Virus record (IMG/VR): IMGVR_UViG_3300025424_000296
Span: 1 to 64,000 of that record
DNA from: a virus
DNA length: 64,000 nt
Reading direction: 5' to 3' (one strand)
The notes under the pieces are model-generated. The model was given only the letters and a program-made list of their open reading frames with translations, was not told the DNA's origin and did no database searches. Below, one piece after another: positions 9,079-19,821 of the stretch. Made by a program: the position numbers and the translations under genes. Each line of letters begins with the position of its first letter. Position 1 is the stretch's first letter.

Positions 9079-10218
9079 ATGACAAATTATAAACCAAGTC
9101 CTACATATTATCATGTAACATGGAATCAGGGTTCCCCAACTGATTATACAGATCTAACAGGTACACAAGCCGGTGGGTTAGATAGTGTTTCACCAATAAA
9201 ATATAATGAAAAAGTCAGTATTACCGGTAATGCATCAAGTCCAACAACTACTGCCGGCGATACATTGTTAATAAATGGTTATACTATATTATTTGGTTCT
9301 AGTTCACTGGCAGACATATTAACCACAATCAATATGTCAACTGTGCTTACAAATGTTATTGCACACAATGCTGTTAGTTCTAATTATGTAACACTTACAA
9401 ATGCAGATGGTTATGAAGGTTTGATTATCGAACTAGCCGAAGGCAATGGTGCGTTAGCCAAGTTGGGATTTACAGCGGGTTCATATAATGCACTTCTTAA
9501 CGGTGTTGGTGGAGCATTTACCAACTTTACAAACGGTGATGTTGTTACCATTAATGGTGTTAATATAACAATGACAACGGGCGGTGGATTAAATGTTGCC
9601 GGTGCTGTTGCTACAATTAATTCATTTACATCACTTACTGGTGTAGTTGCTATAGCTGCTGCTGGTACAGTTCAACTATCTAGTGTAAATGGTCAACCAT
9701 TTGTTACTGCCGGCTCTGCTGCATCTAAACTAGGGTTCCCAGCTGGTGTATATGCTGGTTCTCCCGGCACACTAGATCAAAGCACATCGAAAACTCAAGC
9801 TAATCTACGTTGGCAGCAGGTAGTTAATCAACTAGAAGTTTTTTCAACTCCGTTTATGTTAGCTGATCAATTGGGAACAGGTAACTACAGTGGCGACGAT
9901 GAGCTTACTACATTTTCATTTACAGTTGGATATGAGCATCCAGATCAAATTTTCACAGTTGCATTAGCATCTGAACCAGATGCGGGTACAGTATTGACTG
10001 GAACTGCTGCTATCAAAAGAGCTGTAGCAAGAGGCTTGACTGCGTCTTATACAGGTAATACCAATCTATTTGATCCAACTGTTGAAGTACGTAACGGTTG
10101 TGCTATAAGACCAAATCCAGTAAGAACTGTTAGACTAACAGCAGACGGGTTTGATACTGTTGCTAATATTGCCACTGTTGAAGGTAATATTACAGTTAGC
10201 ATGATTTCATTAGATTAA
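9079..10218 (+). CDS. Probable virion structural protein with two flagellin-hook-IN-like repeats
   Basis: Thr/Gly-rich; repeated GD...ING..I...IN...V.A...KLGF.AG.Y; late promoter. Confidence 0.65.
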   Translation: MTNYKPSPTYYHVTWNQGSPTDYTDLTGTQAGGLDSVSPIKYNEKVSITGNASSPTTTAGDTLLINGYTILFGSSSLADILTTINMSTVLTNVIAHNAVSSNYVTLTNADGYEGLIIELAEGNGALAKLGFTAGSYNALLNGVGGAFTNFTNGDVVTINGVNITMTTGGGLNVAGAVATINSFTSLTGVVAIAAAGTVQLSSVNGQPFVTAGSAASKLGFPAGVYAGSPGTLDQSTSKTQANLRWQQVVNQLEVFSTPFMLADQLGTGNYSGDDELTTFSFTVGYEHPDQIFTVALASEPDAGTVLTGTAAIKRAVARGLTASYTGNTNLFDPTVEVRNGCAIRPNPVRTVRLTADGFDTVANIATVEGNITVSMISLD

Positions 10219-10240
10219 GATCATAGGAGGTAGCGGTTTT

Positions 10241-11410
10241 ATGTTATTAACAATACTGTTACTGCTTTCTGCTCTGTGTCTAAGTTCAATAGCTGGATTT
10301 TATAGTGTATTAGGTATGACTGCTATATTTGCTGCATCGTGGTGGCCAATTGTCATAATGACCGGTACATTAGAGTTTAGTAAAGTTATAGTAGCCAGTT
10401 GGCTATATAGAAATTGGGGTAAAACGCCACTATTTCTAAAATCTTATTTTACTGTTGCTGTGATAATATTAATGTTTATTACCAGTTTAGGTATATTTGG
10501 ATTCTTATCTAAGGCACATATAGATCAAATAGCAAGTACTAGCGATAACCCATTGTTTATCAAACAAATTGATCAGCAAATTGCAACAGAACAAGCTCAT
10601 ATCGATGATAATAGAAAAGTTATTGCACAGATGGATAGTGCTGTTAATAGCGTGTTAAGTCAAAGTGTTTCTGAAAGCGCACAACGAGCCAATAAGGGTA
10701 GCACTATGGCACGACAAGCTACCATATTGCGAGACAGCCAGAAAAAAGATCGAAACTCTCTTAATAAATCTATAGATGAGTTAAATGCAAAAATCAGGGA
10801 CCTCAACAAGGAACGATTGAAGTTAGAGCAAGATCAAATAAAGATCGAAGCAGAAGTTGGTCCAATTAAATATATTGCTCAAATGATATATGGCAATAAT
10901 CTGGATAAGTCTCTGCTTGAAAAAGCTGTACAATATGTAATAATCATGATTATCATGGTATTTGACCCGCTAGCGGTATTAATGATCATTGCTGCCAACA
11001 TGAGTATGCAACAACTAGCTGAAGATAAAAAAGCCAAGAAAATTGCGGAAAATGAGGATATCGAACTTAAAAAAAAAGTAGATGAACCGATTTTAAACCG
11101 CATTATAGAACCATTAGATACATCAAACACTGATTTTGCTTTTAACCTAATAGATGATACAATAGATCACGTAATAGAGGAATCAATAGAGTCAGTGTCA
11201 GACGATTCGATAGCAGAACCATACTCATTGGAAAGCAATGTCGACAATGACATAACTATTATAGAAGAACCTGTTCAGGAGTTATTGTATGGTAATGAAA
11301 CAGAAGCTCCTTATGTTCCCTCTGTTGTTAATAAACCAGATGATGTATTGCAAAATATAAAAAAATATCATAATGTTAGATTAGATGATGCAAGACGCAC
11401 ATTAAAATGA
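10241..11410 (+). CDS. Membrane protein with long coiled coil
   Basis: Three N-terminal TM helices, coiled coil, C-terminal TM with FDPLA motif, acidic tail. Confidence 0.75.
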   Translation: MLLTILLLLSALCLSSIAGFYSVLGMTAIFAASWWPIVIMTGTLEFSKVIVASWLYRNWGKTPLFLKSYFTVAVIILMFITSLGIFGFLSKAHIDQIASTSDNPLFIKQIDQQIATEQAHIDDNRKVIAQMDSAVNSVLSQSVSESAQRANKGSTMARQATILRDSQKKDRNSLNKSIDELNAKIRDLNKERLKLEQDQIKIEAEVGPIKYIAQMIYGNNLDKSLLEKAVQYVIIMIIMVFDPLAVLMIIAANMSMQQLAEDKKAKKIAENEDIELKKKVDEPILNRIIEPLDTSNTDFAFNLIDDTIDHVIEESIESVSDDSIAEPYSLESNVDNDITIIEEPVQELLYGNETEAPYVPSVVNKPDDVLQNIKKYHNVRLDDARRTLK

Positions 11411-11434
11411 TCTTTAATTTGAATAGGACAAATT

Positions 11435-12694
11435 ATGGGAAGCGGTAAACAATTGCATACTTGTAACTTTTGCGGTAAAAATCAATTAGAAGTAGAAAAA
11501 TTAATATCTGGTAATGATGTATTCATTTGTAATGAATGTATCACACTATGCTATGACATTCTAGAAGATGATAACGAAGAAAAAAAGAAAAAATCCAAGA
11601 AAGATTTGATAAGTCCTGCTGCTATCAAGACATTTCTTGATGATCGTGTGATTGGACAAGATATTGCTAAACGCATGCTAAGTGTTGCCATTTATAATCA
11701 TTATAAAAGAGTCAATAACCCAGTAATAGATGGGGTTGAAATTGATAAAAGTAACATGCTATTCATTGGTAGTAGCGGTGTTGGTAAAACATACATAGTA
11801 CAAAACATTGCCAAGATACTTGATGTACCATTTGTTATTGTTGATGCTACCAGTTTAACTGAAAGTGGATATGTGGGTCTCGATGTAGAGGAAGCTATCA
11901 CCAGACTTTATCAATCAGCTAATCAGGATATTGAAAAGACTCAGCGTGGTATTGTATACATTGATGAAATTGATAAGAAAGCTCGTAAAAGTGAAAGCAG
12001 TAGCATAACACGCGATGTTAGCGGTGAGGGCGTACAGCAAGCACTACTCAAAATGATGGAAGGTTGCGAAGTCAAAGTTCCCCCTCAGGGCGGACGTAAA
12101 AATCCACACGGTGAGTTTATTCTAGTAGACACTAAAAATATCTTGTTCATTGTCGGCGGGGCATTTGTTGGCTTATCAAAAGCCATTGCCAAACGACTCG
12201 ACAAGGATAATACAGGAATAGGATTTGGTGCCAAATTCTCATCCAATGATGAGGAAGAAAAGAATAGTATTGAATATCTTAAAAAGGTAGACAGTGACGA
12301 CTTAACCAGTTTTGGATTGATACCTGAAATGATCGGACGTTTACCAATTATTGTTCCTTTTGCAGATTTGGAAGAAGACGATTTGGTTAAAATTCTTCTT
12401 GAACCAAAAAATGCCATAATTAAACAGTATCAAAAAATGTTTAAATTGGACAATGTTACATTGGAGTTCGAACCTGAATCATTGAATGCTGTTGCTAAAT
12501 TAGCAATCAAAAGAAAAACAGGTGCCAGAGGATTGAGAAGTATTCTGGAATCAATATTATTACCTATACAGTTTGACTTACCAACTTATTCAGCTAATAA
12601 TATAGAGAAGATCGTTATTACAGACGAGTTTATAAACGGAGGTAAAGAGCCATTGTTAGTATATCGTACAGCAACCAAGGAACAGACTACATGA
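11435..12694 (+). CDS. clpX: ATP-dependent Clp protease ATPase subunit ClpX
   Basis: C4 zinc finger, Walker [13 protein letters not shown] pore loop, [22 protein letters not shown] loop, GARGLR. Confidence 0.97.
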   Translation: MGSGKQLHTCNFCGKNQLEVEKLISGNDVFICNECITLCYDILEDDNEEKKKKSKKDLISPAAIKTFLDDRVIGQDIAKRMLSVAIYNHYKRVNNPVIDGVEIDKSNMLFIGSSGVGKTYIVQNIAKILDVPFVIVDATSLTESGYVGLDVEEAITRLYQSANQDIEKTQRGIVYIDEIDKKARKSESSSITRDVSGEGVQQALLKMMEGCEVKVPPQGGRKNPHGEFILVDTKNILFIVGGAFVGLSKAIAKRLDKDNTGIGFGAKFSSNDEEEKNSIEYLKKVDSDDLTSFGLIPEMIGRLPIIVPFADLEEDDLVKILLEPKNAIIKQYQKMFKLDNVTLEFEPESLNAVAKLAIKRKTGARGLRSILESILLPIQFDLPTYSANNIEKIVITDEFINGGKEPLLVYRTATKEQTT

Positions 12695-13251
12695 AACCTG
12701 GGGTGAAATTTGATAGAAGAGCAAATTCAGAACCAGAATATATTGTAAACAACTGGATACGTAGCTCTAGTGTTAGATTAATCGATGAAACTGGAACAAA
12801 TGTAGGAGTTGTCGATACTAAACAAGCATTAAATCAAGCAAGAGATCTTGGATTAGATTTAATAACAATTGCCAAAGATGCCGAACCTCCTGTTTGTAAA
12901 ATATACGAACTTAGTAAGTACATTTATGAGCAAAAAAAGGTCAAGAAAGAGCTTGATAAAAAGAACAGAGAAAATGCTATTATTGTCAAGGAAATACAGA
13001 TTAGACCTCATATCACCGAGCATGATCTACTGATAAAACAAAAACATGCCAAAGAATTTTTAGAAGAAAATCACAAGGTAAGAATTGTGATGAAATTCAG
13101 AGGACGAGAAATTGCTTTTGCTAAAAAAGGCTTTGAACTTGTCACCAAGTTTATAGATGGATTAGGGGAGCATAAGGTTGAAAAAGATCCTAGTCTAGCC
13201 GGTAACACTATATTAGCTATACTTGCACCGTTGGCTAGACAATCGAAATAA
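12691..13251 (+). CDS. infC: Translation initiation factor IF-3
   Basis: VRLID..G.N.G...A...A...GLDL...PPVCKI, KEIQIRP.I..HD, FRGRE. Confidence 0.95.
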   Translation: MKPGVKFDRRANSEPEYIVNNWIRSSSVRLIDETGTNVGVVDTKQALNQARDLGLDLITIAKDAEPPVCKIYELSKYIYEQKKVKKELDKKNRENAIIVKEIQIRPHITEHDLLIKQKHAKEFLEENHKVRIVMKFRGREIAFAKKGFELVTKFIDGLGEHKVEKDPSLAGNTILAILAPLARQSK

Positions 13252-13311
13252 ATTAATTTGCTTTAATATAAGCTTTTACTTACAATTAGGTATCAACAGG
13301 GAAATATAAAG

Positions 13312-13617
13312 ATGTTTGATAAAAATGATGATCCGTTTCACGGTAAACGAGGTGTAAGCGTTAAAGTATTCAATAACAACATTAATGGTGCTATTGCACA
13401 GTTAAAGCGTAAAAGCAATGCAGAGGGTATCAATCGAGAGTTGCGTAAGCGCAAGCATTTTGAACCAAATACCATGAAACGTCGTCGTAAACTAGCAGAA
13501 GCTCAATTACGTTGGCGTAAGAAGCAAGATCAAATTAATGAAGTTGTAAAACCAAAAAAGAAAACTGCTACACCACCTTCTCAGGCACCTCGCCGAGAAG
13601 TTGAAACCAACTCATAA
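13312..13617 (+). CDS. rpsU: Ribosomal protein bS21 with N- and C-terminal extensions
   Basis: V.V.NNNI..A...LKRK...EGI.RELR.R.HFE....KRRRK. Confidence 0.88.
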   Translation: MFDKNDDPFHGKRGVSVKVFNNNINGAIAQLKRKSNAEGINRELRKRKHFEPNTMKRRRKLAEAQLRWRKKQDQINEVVKPKKKTATPPSQAPRREVETNS

Positions 13618-13628
13618 GAAGACACCCG

Positions 13629-14054
13629 ATGAAAAAACAAACCGCTATTACAGCAGGATTATTATTAGTCCTGCTTGGAGGTTGTGTACATTCAAACACA
13701 GATTTTGTATCAACATTTGAAGAAAATGAGATCAGAACGCCGCAGCCTGTTATGGGGGAACATTACTTTGACGCAGCACTTGATACATTAGAAAAATCAT
13801 GTGATCAAGGAAAATCAGAGAAATTACAAGCAGCTGATTCGGTCATGAAAAAAATTGTTGAATTGGGTTTAGATAATCACGGTCACAAACTAAAAGATGC
13901 AAATCCAGAATTGATCAGAGCTGGTAATACCTTATACAAATTAACCATGGAATTTTATAATAACAACACAGATCCAGCGTATTGCAGAACACAAGTTAAT
14001 GTTATAGGTCGTTATTTAGATCTTGTACATCCTAATTTTAGTTCTAAAAATTAA
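13629..14054 (+). CDS. Putative lipoprotein
   Basis: MKK-hydrophobic-LGGC lipobox. Confidence 0.65.
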   Translation: MKKQTAITAGLLLVLLGGCVHSNTDFVSTFEENEIRTPQPVMGEHYFDAALDTLEKSCDQGKSEKLQAADSVMKKIVELGLDNHGHKLKDANPELIRAGNTLYKLTMEFYNNNTDPAYCRTQVNVIGRYLDLVHPNFSSKN

Positions 14055-14099
14055 TGTAGTGAGTCTTGACTATCCTATCGAGAGTAAATATATTATCAG

Positions 14100-14162
14100 T
14101 GTAGATGCTCATGTGAGGTCTACAATGTAATAACATACTTCGCTTTAATAGGAGGTAATATC
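14100..14162 (+). promoter_or_regulatory. ROSE-like RNA thermometer leader of the sHsp gene
   Basis: 5' hairpin TGTAGA...TCTACA; 3' hairpin TACTTC-G-CT-TTAAT-AG-GAGGTA with bulged G opposite the SD. Confidence 0.65.
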
Positions 14163-14639
14163 ATGCGTAGTTTAAATGTAACCGCCTCAACTCTCGAGGA
14201 CCTTTTCCAAGACCTTAATCGTGTAGCTATTGGCTTTGAGCCAACTATTCGAAGATTACACGATGTACAAAATGCATTTTCGTCTAATCCCAACGGATAC
14301 CCGCCGTATGATTTAGAAATGGTAGAAGATGATCATTATAGAATCACATTAGCAGTAGCAGGCTTCTCATTAGATGATTTGGATATCGAAACAGCTAATA
14401 ATCAATTGACTATTACCGGTGAGATCAAAAACAAAGATGAGGATAGACAATATCTATTTAAGAGTATTGCAACTAGATCATTTAAACGAGTGTTTCACCT
14501 AGCTGATCATGTTAGAATTGAATCTGCTGATCTTGCTGACGGATTATTAACTGTTGACTTGATCAGAGAAGTTCCAGAAGCACTAAAGCCTAGGAAAATT
14601 GCAATCTCGAGTCAAAAAGTCATTGATGCTAAACTCTAA
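14163..14639 (+). CDS. ibpA: Small heat shock protein (IbpA/Hsp20)
   Basis: YPPYDLE, YRITLAVAGF, IATRSF.R.F.LADH, GLL.V.L.REVPE..KPRKI.I. Confidence 0.95.
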   Translation: MRSLNVTASTLEDLFQDLNRVAIGFEPTIRRLHDVQNAFSSNPNGYPPYDLEMVEDDHYRITLAVAGFSLDDLDIETANNQLTITGEIKNKDEDRQYLFKSIATRSFKRVFHLADHVRIESADLADGLLTVDLIREVPEALKPRKIAISSQKVIDAKL

Positions 14640-14662
14640 ATCATGATATTATGATTTGATAG

Positions 14663-14691
14663 ATAAGGTGGGATTACTCCCACCTTATTTC
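14663..14691 (+). terminator. Intrinsic terminator after ibpA
   Basis: ATAAGGTGGGA-TTAC-TCCCACCTTAT-TTT. Confidence 0.75.
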
Positions 14692-14742
14692 ATGCTTGAC
14701 AACAACTCAGTGTTGTTTATAATTGTTCTAATAGCGGAGAAC

Positions 14743-15066
14743 ATGATTATGAGCAAAATGCAAACCAAAGACGATGCTTCAACGCAAGTATTAGAAAAGG
14801 TAGTTGTACAACCTCCGAGAAAGTGGAACGTAGTTCTATATAATGATAATGTTACCACTATGGAATTTGTAATATTGGTATTGATGCAGATCTTCCACAA
14901 AAGTTTTGAAACTGCTAGTGATATTATGATAAACATTCACGAAAATGGTAAAGGTATTGCAGGTACTTACTCTAATGAAGTGGCAACACAAAAGCGAGAC
15001 GAAACTGTATCTGCTGCCAAATCAAATGGCTTCCCACTTAAATGTGAACTTGAACCTGCTGAATAA
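14743..15066 (+). CDS. clpS: N-end rule adaptor ClpS
   Basis: VVLYNDNVTTMEFV..VL...F...A..IM..IH..GKG.AG.Y..EVA..K...FPL; GGAG RBS before 14743. Confidence 0.93.
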   Translation: MIMSKMQTKDDASTQVLEKVVVQPPRKWNVVLYNDNVTTMEFVILVLMQIFHKSFETASDIMINIHENGKGIAGTYSNEVATQKRDETVSAAKSNGFPLKCELEPAE

Positions 15067-15142
15067 TTCAAAAATTTCTACGTATAATCTAAAAGGATTA
15101 AATAGTCTAGTTTAGCTGATACTCGCTTATCGGAGGTTAGTT

Positions 15143-15379
15143 ATGGATATACGTGATATAGTCTGGGACGAGGATGGCGAGATGCACTGCCATCAATTAT
15201 ATAGTTCGGATGTTACAATTGAAGATGTACCAAAATTAATTCAGGAACATCGCGATTTACGTCGAGCTTTACATGCCACAGTAGAATTACTAAAGAAAAT
15301 GGATTATAATCCAAATAATCCTAGATCTCGGCACGAATGGGATATTATCAATGAATTAAAGCGTAAACTAATCATTTAA
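15143..15379 (+). CDS. Hypothetical protein
   Basis: GGAGG RBS, TAAATA upstream. Confidence 0.6.
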   Translation: MDIRDIVWDEDGEMHCHQLYSSDVTIEDVPKLIQEHRDLRRALHATVELLKKMDYNPNNPRSRHEWDIINELKRKLII

Positions 15380-15401
15380 AATGTTTACATATAGTACCTG
15401 C

Positions 15402-15464
15402 TAAGTTGTTGATTTTGAATTGGTAAAAATACCGGTTGACAGCCATTATTTTGATAGTAAAGTT
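15402..15464 (+). promoter_or_regulatory. IHF-consensus site plus sigma70-like promoter
   Basis: Inverted AATCAACAACTTA (15402-15414); GGTTGACA with -35 at 15436. Confidence 0.55.
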
Positions 15465-15516
15465 ATATTGCAACAAACGGACAATGGTGTCCCAAACGTA
15501 CAAAAGGAGTAGTTGC

Positions 15517-15849
15517 ATGTCAGATCGTACTTTCAATATCGCTGGTTTTTCATCACTTTCCGGCCAGCGCAAGGTTCGCTTTGCCAATGGCACTGTTGAG
15601 GCCCGTGCAAAGATTCTAGAGCGTAATGGTCATGTTGACATTGACCTACGTGAGCTTCCTCGTGCAATGTCCAAGTCAGAAGCTATGGCGTTCCTTGAGG
15701 TTACTGCTGAGGACGTTCGTGCTCCTAAGGGTGTGCAGGCTGCTGCTGCTAAGGCTCGCAAGGGTGTTAAGGTTGCAGAAGTTATTGCAATTGCCAAGGA
15801 TGCTGGTAAGGCTCGTGCTAAAGAAGCTGCTGAGGAAATTGCAGCTTAA
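15517..15849 (+). CDS. Basic early protein with Ala/Lys-rich tail; paralog of 23745..24239
   Basis: AGGAG RBS; F.IAG.S...KVRFA...R.K.LE.NGH...L.ELP.AM.K..A.AFL shared with paralog. Confidence 0.8.
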   Translation: MSDRTFNIAGFSSLSGQRKVRFANGTVEARAKILERNGHVDIDLRELPRAMSKSEAMAFLEVTAEDVRAPKGVQAAAAKARKGVKVAEVIAIAKDAGKARAKEAAEEIAA

Positions 15850-15952
15850 TTTAAATTAGATTAATGGGGGACAGTTAGTCCCCCACTCTTTTATCATAAT
15901 TCGAAATTTGCATATGATATCATAAGACTGCTTAATTATGTAGAGCAGAATT

Positions 15953-16264
15953 ATGATATCATTACCTCCATTGATAAAATTAATATTAGTATTACAGCAT
16001 TGGTCAGAGACTTGCAGCGAGTTTTGGACAGATACAATACAGCCAACTGATGACCCAGTTGGAGAATTTATCAGAGATTATTCACTATATACATTTGAAT
16101 GGAAAATTTCAAGACCCCTTATACCTCGCAAGTGTTTTATTACCAATGACTGGTTATGGGGTCGTAGACATTATTGTGTTACAGTACACGACATAACCGG
16201 AATATTCGATATAAAAATTTGGATAGGTCTTGAAATAGGTACACAGATTAAGTTAATGTTGTAA
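15953..16264 (+). CDS. Hypothetical protein
   Basis: ORF track. Confidence 0.5.
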   Translation: MISLPPLIKLILVLQHWSETCSEFWTDTIQPTDDPVGEFIRDYSLYTFEWKISRPLIPRKCFITNDWLWGRRHYCVTVHDITGIFDIKIWIGLEIGTQIKLML

Positions 16265-16292
16265 TCATTTATTAAAAATTATTCTAAAGACT

Positions 16293-16388
16293 CTTGTAAT
16301 TTGAAAAAATATTCCTTATATAATTAACTTGCTAGCCTATTTAGGTAGCAAAACTTATACACATCTTGCTTTTTAAAGGAGATAGCAT
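16293..16388 (+). promoter_or_regulatory. RpoH-type promoter and ROSE-like leader of dnaK
   Basis: CTTG-N18-CTTATAT (16293-16321); hairpin 16329-16351; ATCTT-G-CTT..AAG-GAGAT (16363-16383) pairs the SD. Confidence 0.6.
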
Positions 16389-18254
16389 ATGACACGTACT
16401 ATCGGAATAGATCTTGGAACTACTAATAGCTGTGTAGCCATCATGGAAGGCGGCAAGGCAAAAGTAATCGAAAATGCAGAAGGCGCACGTACAACACCAA
16501 GTGTTGTAGCATGGACTGATCAGGAACAACTGGTCGGACAGCCTGCAAAGCGTCAAGCAATAACCAATCCAGAAAATACAGTATTTGAAGCTAAACGTTT
16601 AATTGGGCGTAGATTTGACGATCCAACTGTTAAGAAAGACATGAAGAGTTTATCATATCATGTGGTAAAAGCCGACAACGGCGATGCATGGGTAGACATC
16701 AAGGGCAAGAAATATAGCCCACAGGAAATTTCAGCACAAGTCTTACAAAAGATGAAGAAAACTGCTGAAGACTATCTTGGGTCACCTGTGACCAAAGCAG
16801 TTATCACAGTACCTGCATACTTTTCAGATTCTCAGCGTCAAGCAACCAAGGATGCTGGCAAGATTGCTGGATTAGAAGTCCTACGTATTATCAACGAGCC
16901 AACTGCGGCTGCTATGGCATTTGCTGTAGACAAGGGTGGTTCTGGTAAAGTTGTAGTAGTCGACGCTGGTGGTGGCACTCACGACGTTTCGGTGTTAGAT
17001 ATCGGTGACGGTGTCATCGAAGTGTTATCCACTAACGGTGATACACACCTTGGCGGTGCTGACTTTGACGAAGTTGTATTCCATTATCTAGTAGATGCAT
17101 TTAAAAAAGAAAACGGAATAGATCTTACCACAGATAAGATGGCAGTACAGCGTCTAAAAGAAGCTGCTGAAAAGGCCAAGATTGAACTTTCAAGTGCAAC
17201 TGAAACTGACATCAATTTACCATATATTACAGCAGATAGTTCTGGGCCAAAGCATCTTGTTACCAAACTAACTCGTGCTAAGTTTGACAGCCTTACAGAA
17301 GATCTTGTTAAACGCATCATTGCTCCGTGTAAGCGAGCTCTTAAGGATGCTAACCTAAAAGTTAGTGATATCAAAGAAGTGTTGTTAGTAGGTGGTACCA
17401 CTCGTATTCCTGCTGTTAAGACAGCTATTAAAGAGTACTTTGGTAAGGAGCCAAATAACTCTGTTAATCCAGACGAAGCAGTTGCTATTGGTGCTGCAAT
17501 TCAGGGAGGTGTTCTAGCCGGCGATGTCAAGGACGTGGTACTACTAGACGTTACACCATTAAGCCTTGGTATCGAAACATTGGGTGGTGTGTTTACTAGA
17601 CTAATTGATCGCAACACTACTATTCCTAGCAAAAAGAGCCAAGTGTTCTCTACTGCTGAAGACAATCAACCTGCTGTTACTATCCGTGTGTTCCAGGGTG
17701 AACGCGAAATGGCCAACGACAATAAGTTGTTGGGTCAGTTCAATTTGGAAGGTATTGCTCCGGCACGTCGTGGTATGCCTCAGATCGAAGTTACATTTGA
17801 TATTGATGCTAACGGCATTGTTAATGTCAGTGCTACCGACAAGGGAACTGGTAAGGAACAGAAGATTTCTATCCAGGCTAATGGCGGACTTGACGACAAG
17901 GATATCGAGCGTATGATCCGAGAAGCTGAAGAAAATGCTGAAGCTGACAAGAAAAAGCGTGAAATTGTGGATGCCCGTAACGGTGCTGATGCAATGATAG
18001 CCAGAGTTGAAAAAACCCTCGAAGAGGACGGTGATAAGATTGATGCAACTCTTAAAGCAGAGGTTGAGCAAGCTATTACTGATCTTAAAGCAGTTATGGA
18101 TAGCGAAGACGCAGAAGTTATACGTAATAATACCAATGCATTGGCTCAGGCTAGTATGAAAATTGGCGAAATCATGTATAAAGAAGCACAAGCCAACGCT
18201 GCTAAACCTGATGATGATGACATCATTGACGGAACAGCTGAAGAAGTAGCATAA
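16389..18254 (+). CDS. dnaK: Hsp70 chaperone DnaK
   Basis: [47 protein letters not shown]; full length. Confidence 0.98.
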   Translation: MTRTIGIDLGTTNSCVAIMEGGKAKVIENAEGARTTPSVVAWTDQEQLVGQPAKRQAITNPENTVFEAKRLIGRRFDDPTVKKDMKSLSYHVVKADNGDAWVDIKGKKYSPQEISAQVLQKMKKTAEDYLGSPVTKAVITVPAYFSDSQRQATKDAGKIAGLEVLRIINEPTAAAMAFAVDKGGSGKVVVVDAGGGTHDVSVLDIGDGVIEVLSTNGDTHLGGADFDEVVFHYLVDAFKKENGIDLTTDKMAVQRLKEAAEKAKIELSSATETDINLPYITADSSGPKHLVTKLTRAKFDSLTEDLVKRIIAPCKRALKDANLKVSDIKEVLLVGGTTRIPAVKTAIKEYFGKEPNNSVNPDEAVAIGAAIQGGVLAGDVKDVVLLDVTPLSLGIETLGGVFTRLIDRNTTIPSKKSQVFSTAEDNQPAVTIRVFQGEREMANDNKLLGQFNLEGIAPARRGMPQIEVTFDIDANGIVNVSATDKGTGKEQKISIQANGGLDDKDIERMIREAEENAEADKKKREIVDARNGADAMIARVEKTLEEDGDKIDATLKAEVEQAITDLKAVMDSEDAEVIRNNTNALAQASMKIGEIMYKEAQANAAKPDDDDIIDGTAEEVA

Positions 18255-18262
18255 TATGCCTT

Positions 18263-18478
18263 ATGCAGGCTATTAGTTATACAGATAATTTTGATAGTAT
18301 GGGATGGGGGTTTTTTATGTTCCCCCATCCAGTTTCTTTAAAAGACGTTGAAAACTTGCTCGGTGTGGACTATATAAATCCAAAAGATATACAAATTTAT
18401 CAAATGCATAGTTGTAATGGTATCATCGTGGTTCACAATTTAGAATTGGCTATGATGCTTAAATTTAAACTATTATGA
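18263..18478 (+). CDS. Hypothetical small protein
   Basis: ORF track; ends AMMLKFKLL. Confidence 0.45.
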   Translation: MQAISYTDNFDSMGWGFFMFPHPVSLKDVENLLGVDYINPKDIQIYQMHSCNGIIVVHNLELAMMLKFKLL

Positions 18479-18521
18479 GTACAAGGTTGAGTTTACTTGT
18501 GTAGTGCCTTAAACTGTATGT

Positions 18522-19190
18522 ATGATAGAATCAACTGAAATTATACAAATTGATTTTGATCGGATGCCGCCAAATGTCAAACAATTTATTGAAGTTGAAT
18601 TGAATAAGTGTAGACAGCACAACATCAAAATAAACCTACCAAAAACCAAAACTATTACACATAACGGATTGTTTGAATGTGCTGGATATTTTGATCAAGA
18701 GCCAGAAGAATTTGCAGTAGCCTGTGCTAAAAGTTACAAAACTTGGCTCAGTATTTTTGTTCACGAGAGTTGCCATATGGATCAATGGATAGAAGATATT
18801 CCCTTATGGCACGAACAAGTAAACGACGAAGATCCATTGGATTTAATGGACGAGTGGTTACTTAAAAAACGAGAACTCAACGACGAAGATTTAAATCGAG
18901 TCTTTGATATTGGATCAATGATAGAGTTAGATTGTGAAAAGCGTAGTGTTGATAAGATAAAAAAATATAATCTACCAATAAATCTAAACAGATATATTCA
19001 AAAAAGCAACGGATATGTTTGGAGTTATAGACTAATGCAGGAAACTCGCGACTGGGATCATAGTGCAGCATACGGACTTCCGGAGGTGTGGAAATCAATG
19101 CCCAAACACTTTGATAATGATTATTCGACTTTACCAGACAATATTAGAACTGTATTTTACAAACACATAGAGAAGTTTTCTAAAATCTAA
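18522..19190 (+). CDS. Putative zincin-like metalloprotein
   Basis: GYF...FVHESCHMDQ (HExxH) and downstream ELDCE. Confidence 0.6.
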   Translation: MIESTEIIQIDFDRMPPNVKQFIEVELNKCRQHNIKINLPKTKTITHNGLFECAGYFDQEPEEFAVACAKSYKTWLSIFVHESCHMDQWIEDIPLWHEQVNDEDPLDLMDEWLLKKRELNDEDLNRVFDIGSMIELDCEKRSVDKIKKYNLPINLNRYIQKSNGYVWSYRLMQETRDWDHSAAYGLPEVWKSMPKHFDNDYSTLPDNIRTVFYKHIEKFSKI

Positions 19191-19411
19191 TGACTCGAAT
19201 AGGTTTAATAGATGTAATTACCAGGAATACTGACTTTTATCATGCCAAGATAGATGTAGAGCACGTATTAGATGCTGTAGAATGGTGTGAAAATCATCCA
19301 AGTAACGGGATATTTTTTATCAAATGGGGTTATCTAACAGGCGACATCTTTGGTACGTTTGGATTCTCTGAGTCAGAAGATCACACGACTTTTAGTCTAA
19401 GATGGTGCTAA
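19190..19411 (+). CDS. Hypothetical phage protein
   Basis: AVEWCE...F....D...F.LRW pattern; TAATG coupling. Confidence 0.6.
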   Translation: MTRIGLIDVITRNTDFYHAKIDVEHVLDAVEWCENHPSNGIFFIKWGYLTGDIFGTFGFSESEDHTTFSLRWC

Positions 19412-19511
19412 TCAAAATACTTTGGTTCTGTAGTTGACCTATACCATATTATATTATAACATGTTAAAGCAACTTATAAATTGTCATGTTGCACTAAAAA
19501 GGAGATTACAT

Positions 19512-19736
19512 ATGACAACTTTAACTCAAGCAGAGAAGGTTCTCGATTATCTTGAGGCCGGCCGTACACTGACATCAAAGCAAGCTCGTGCTCGCTTTGG
19601 TATTCAAAATCTACGTGCTCGTATTTCAGAGCTACGTTCAGAAGGCTATAACATTGTATCAGAATCAGTTACATTTCGTGACACTGGTGCTCCTGGTGTT
19701 AAGTATCTTCTAGGTGGTCGCCGTCGTCACGCTTAA
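19512..19736 (+). CDS. Winged helix-turn-helix DNA-binding protein
   Basis: Q..KVL.YL..G..LT..QA...FGI.NLRARISELR..GY.I; AGGAG RBS. Confidence 0.8.
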   Translation: MTTLTQAEKVLDYLEAGRTLTSKQARARFGIQNLRARISELRSEGYNIVSESVTFRDTGAPGVKYLLGGRRRHA

Positions 19737-19760
19737 TTGTGTAACGATACGATTATAATT

Positions 19761-19784
19761 AAAGGGCTCTATGAGCCCTTTTTT
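19761..19784 (+). terminator. Intrinsic terminator
   Basis: AAAGGGCTC-TAT-GAGCCCTTT-TTT. Confidence 0.75.
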
Positions 19785-19821
19785 ATTGTATATGGTTTCA
19801 ATTATATTGTATGCTTGCGAC

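Noticed and set aside
17084-18328. Long antisense and alternate-frame ORFs over dnaK
   Set aside because: Shadow ORFs expected from codon bias; no RBS or motifs
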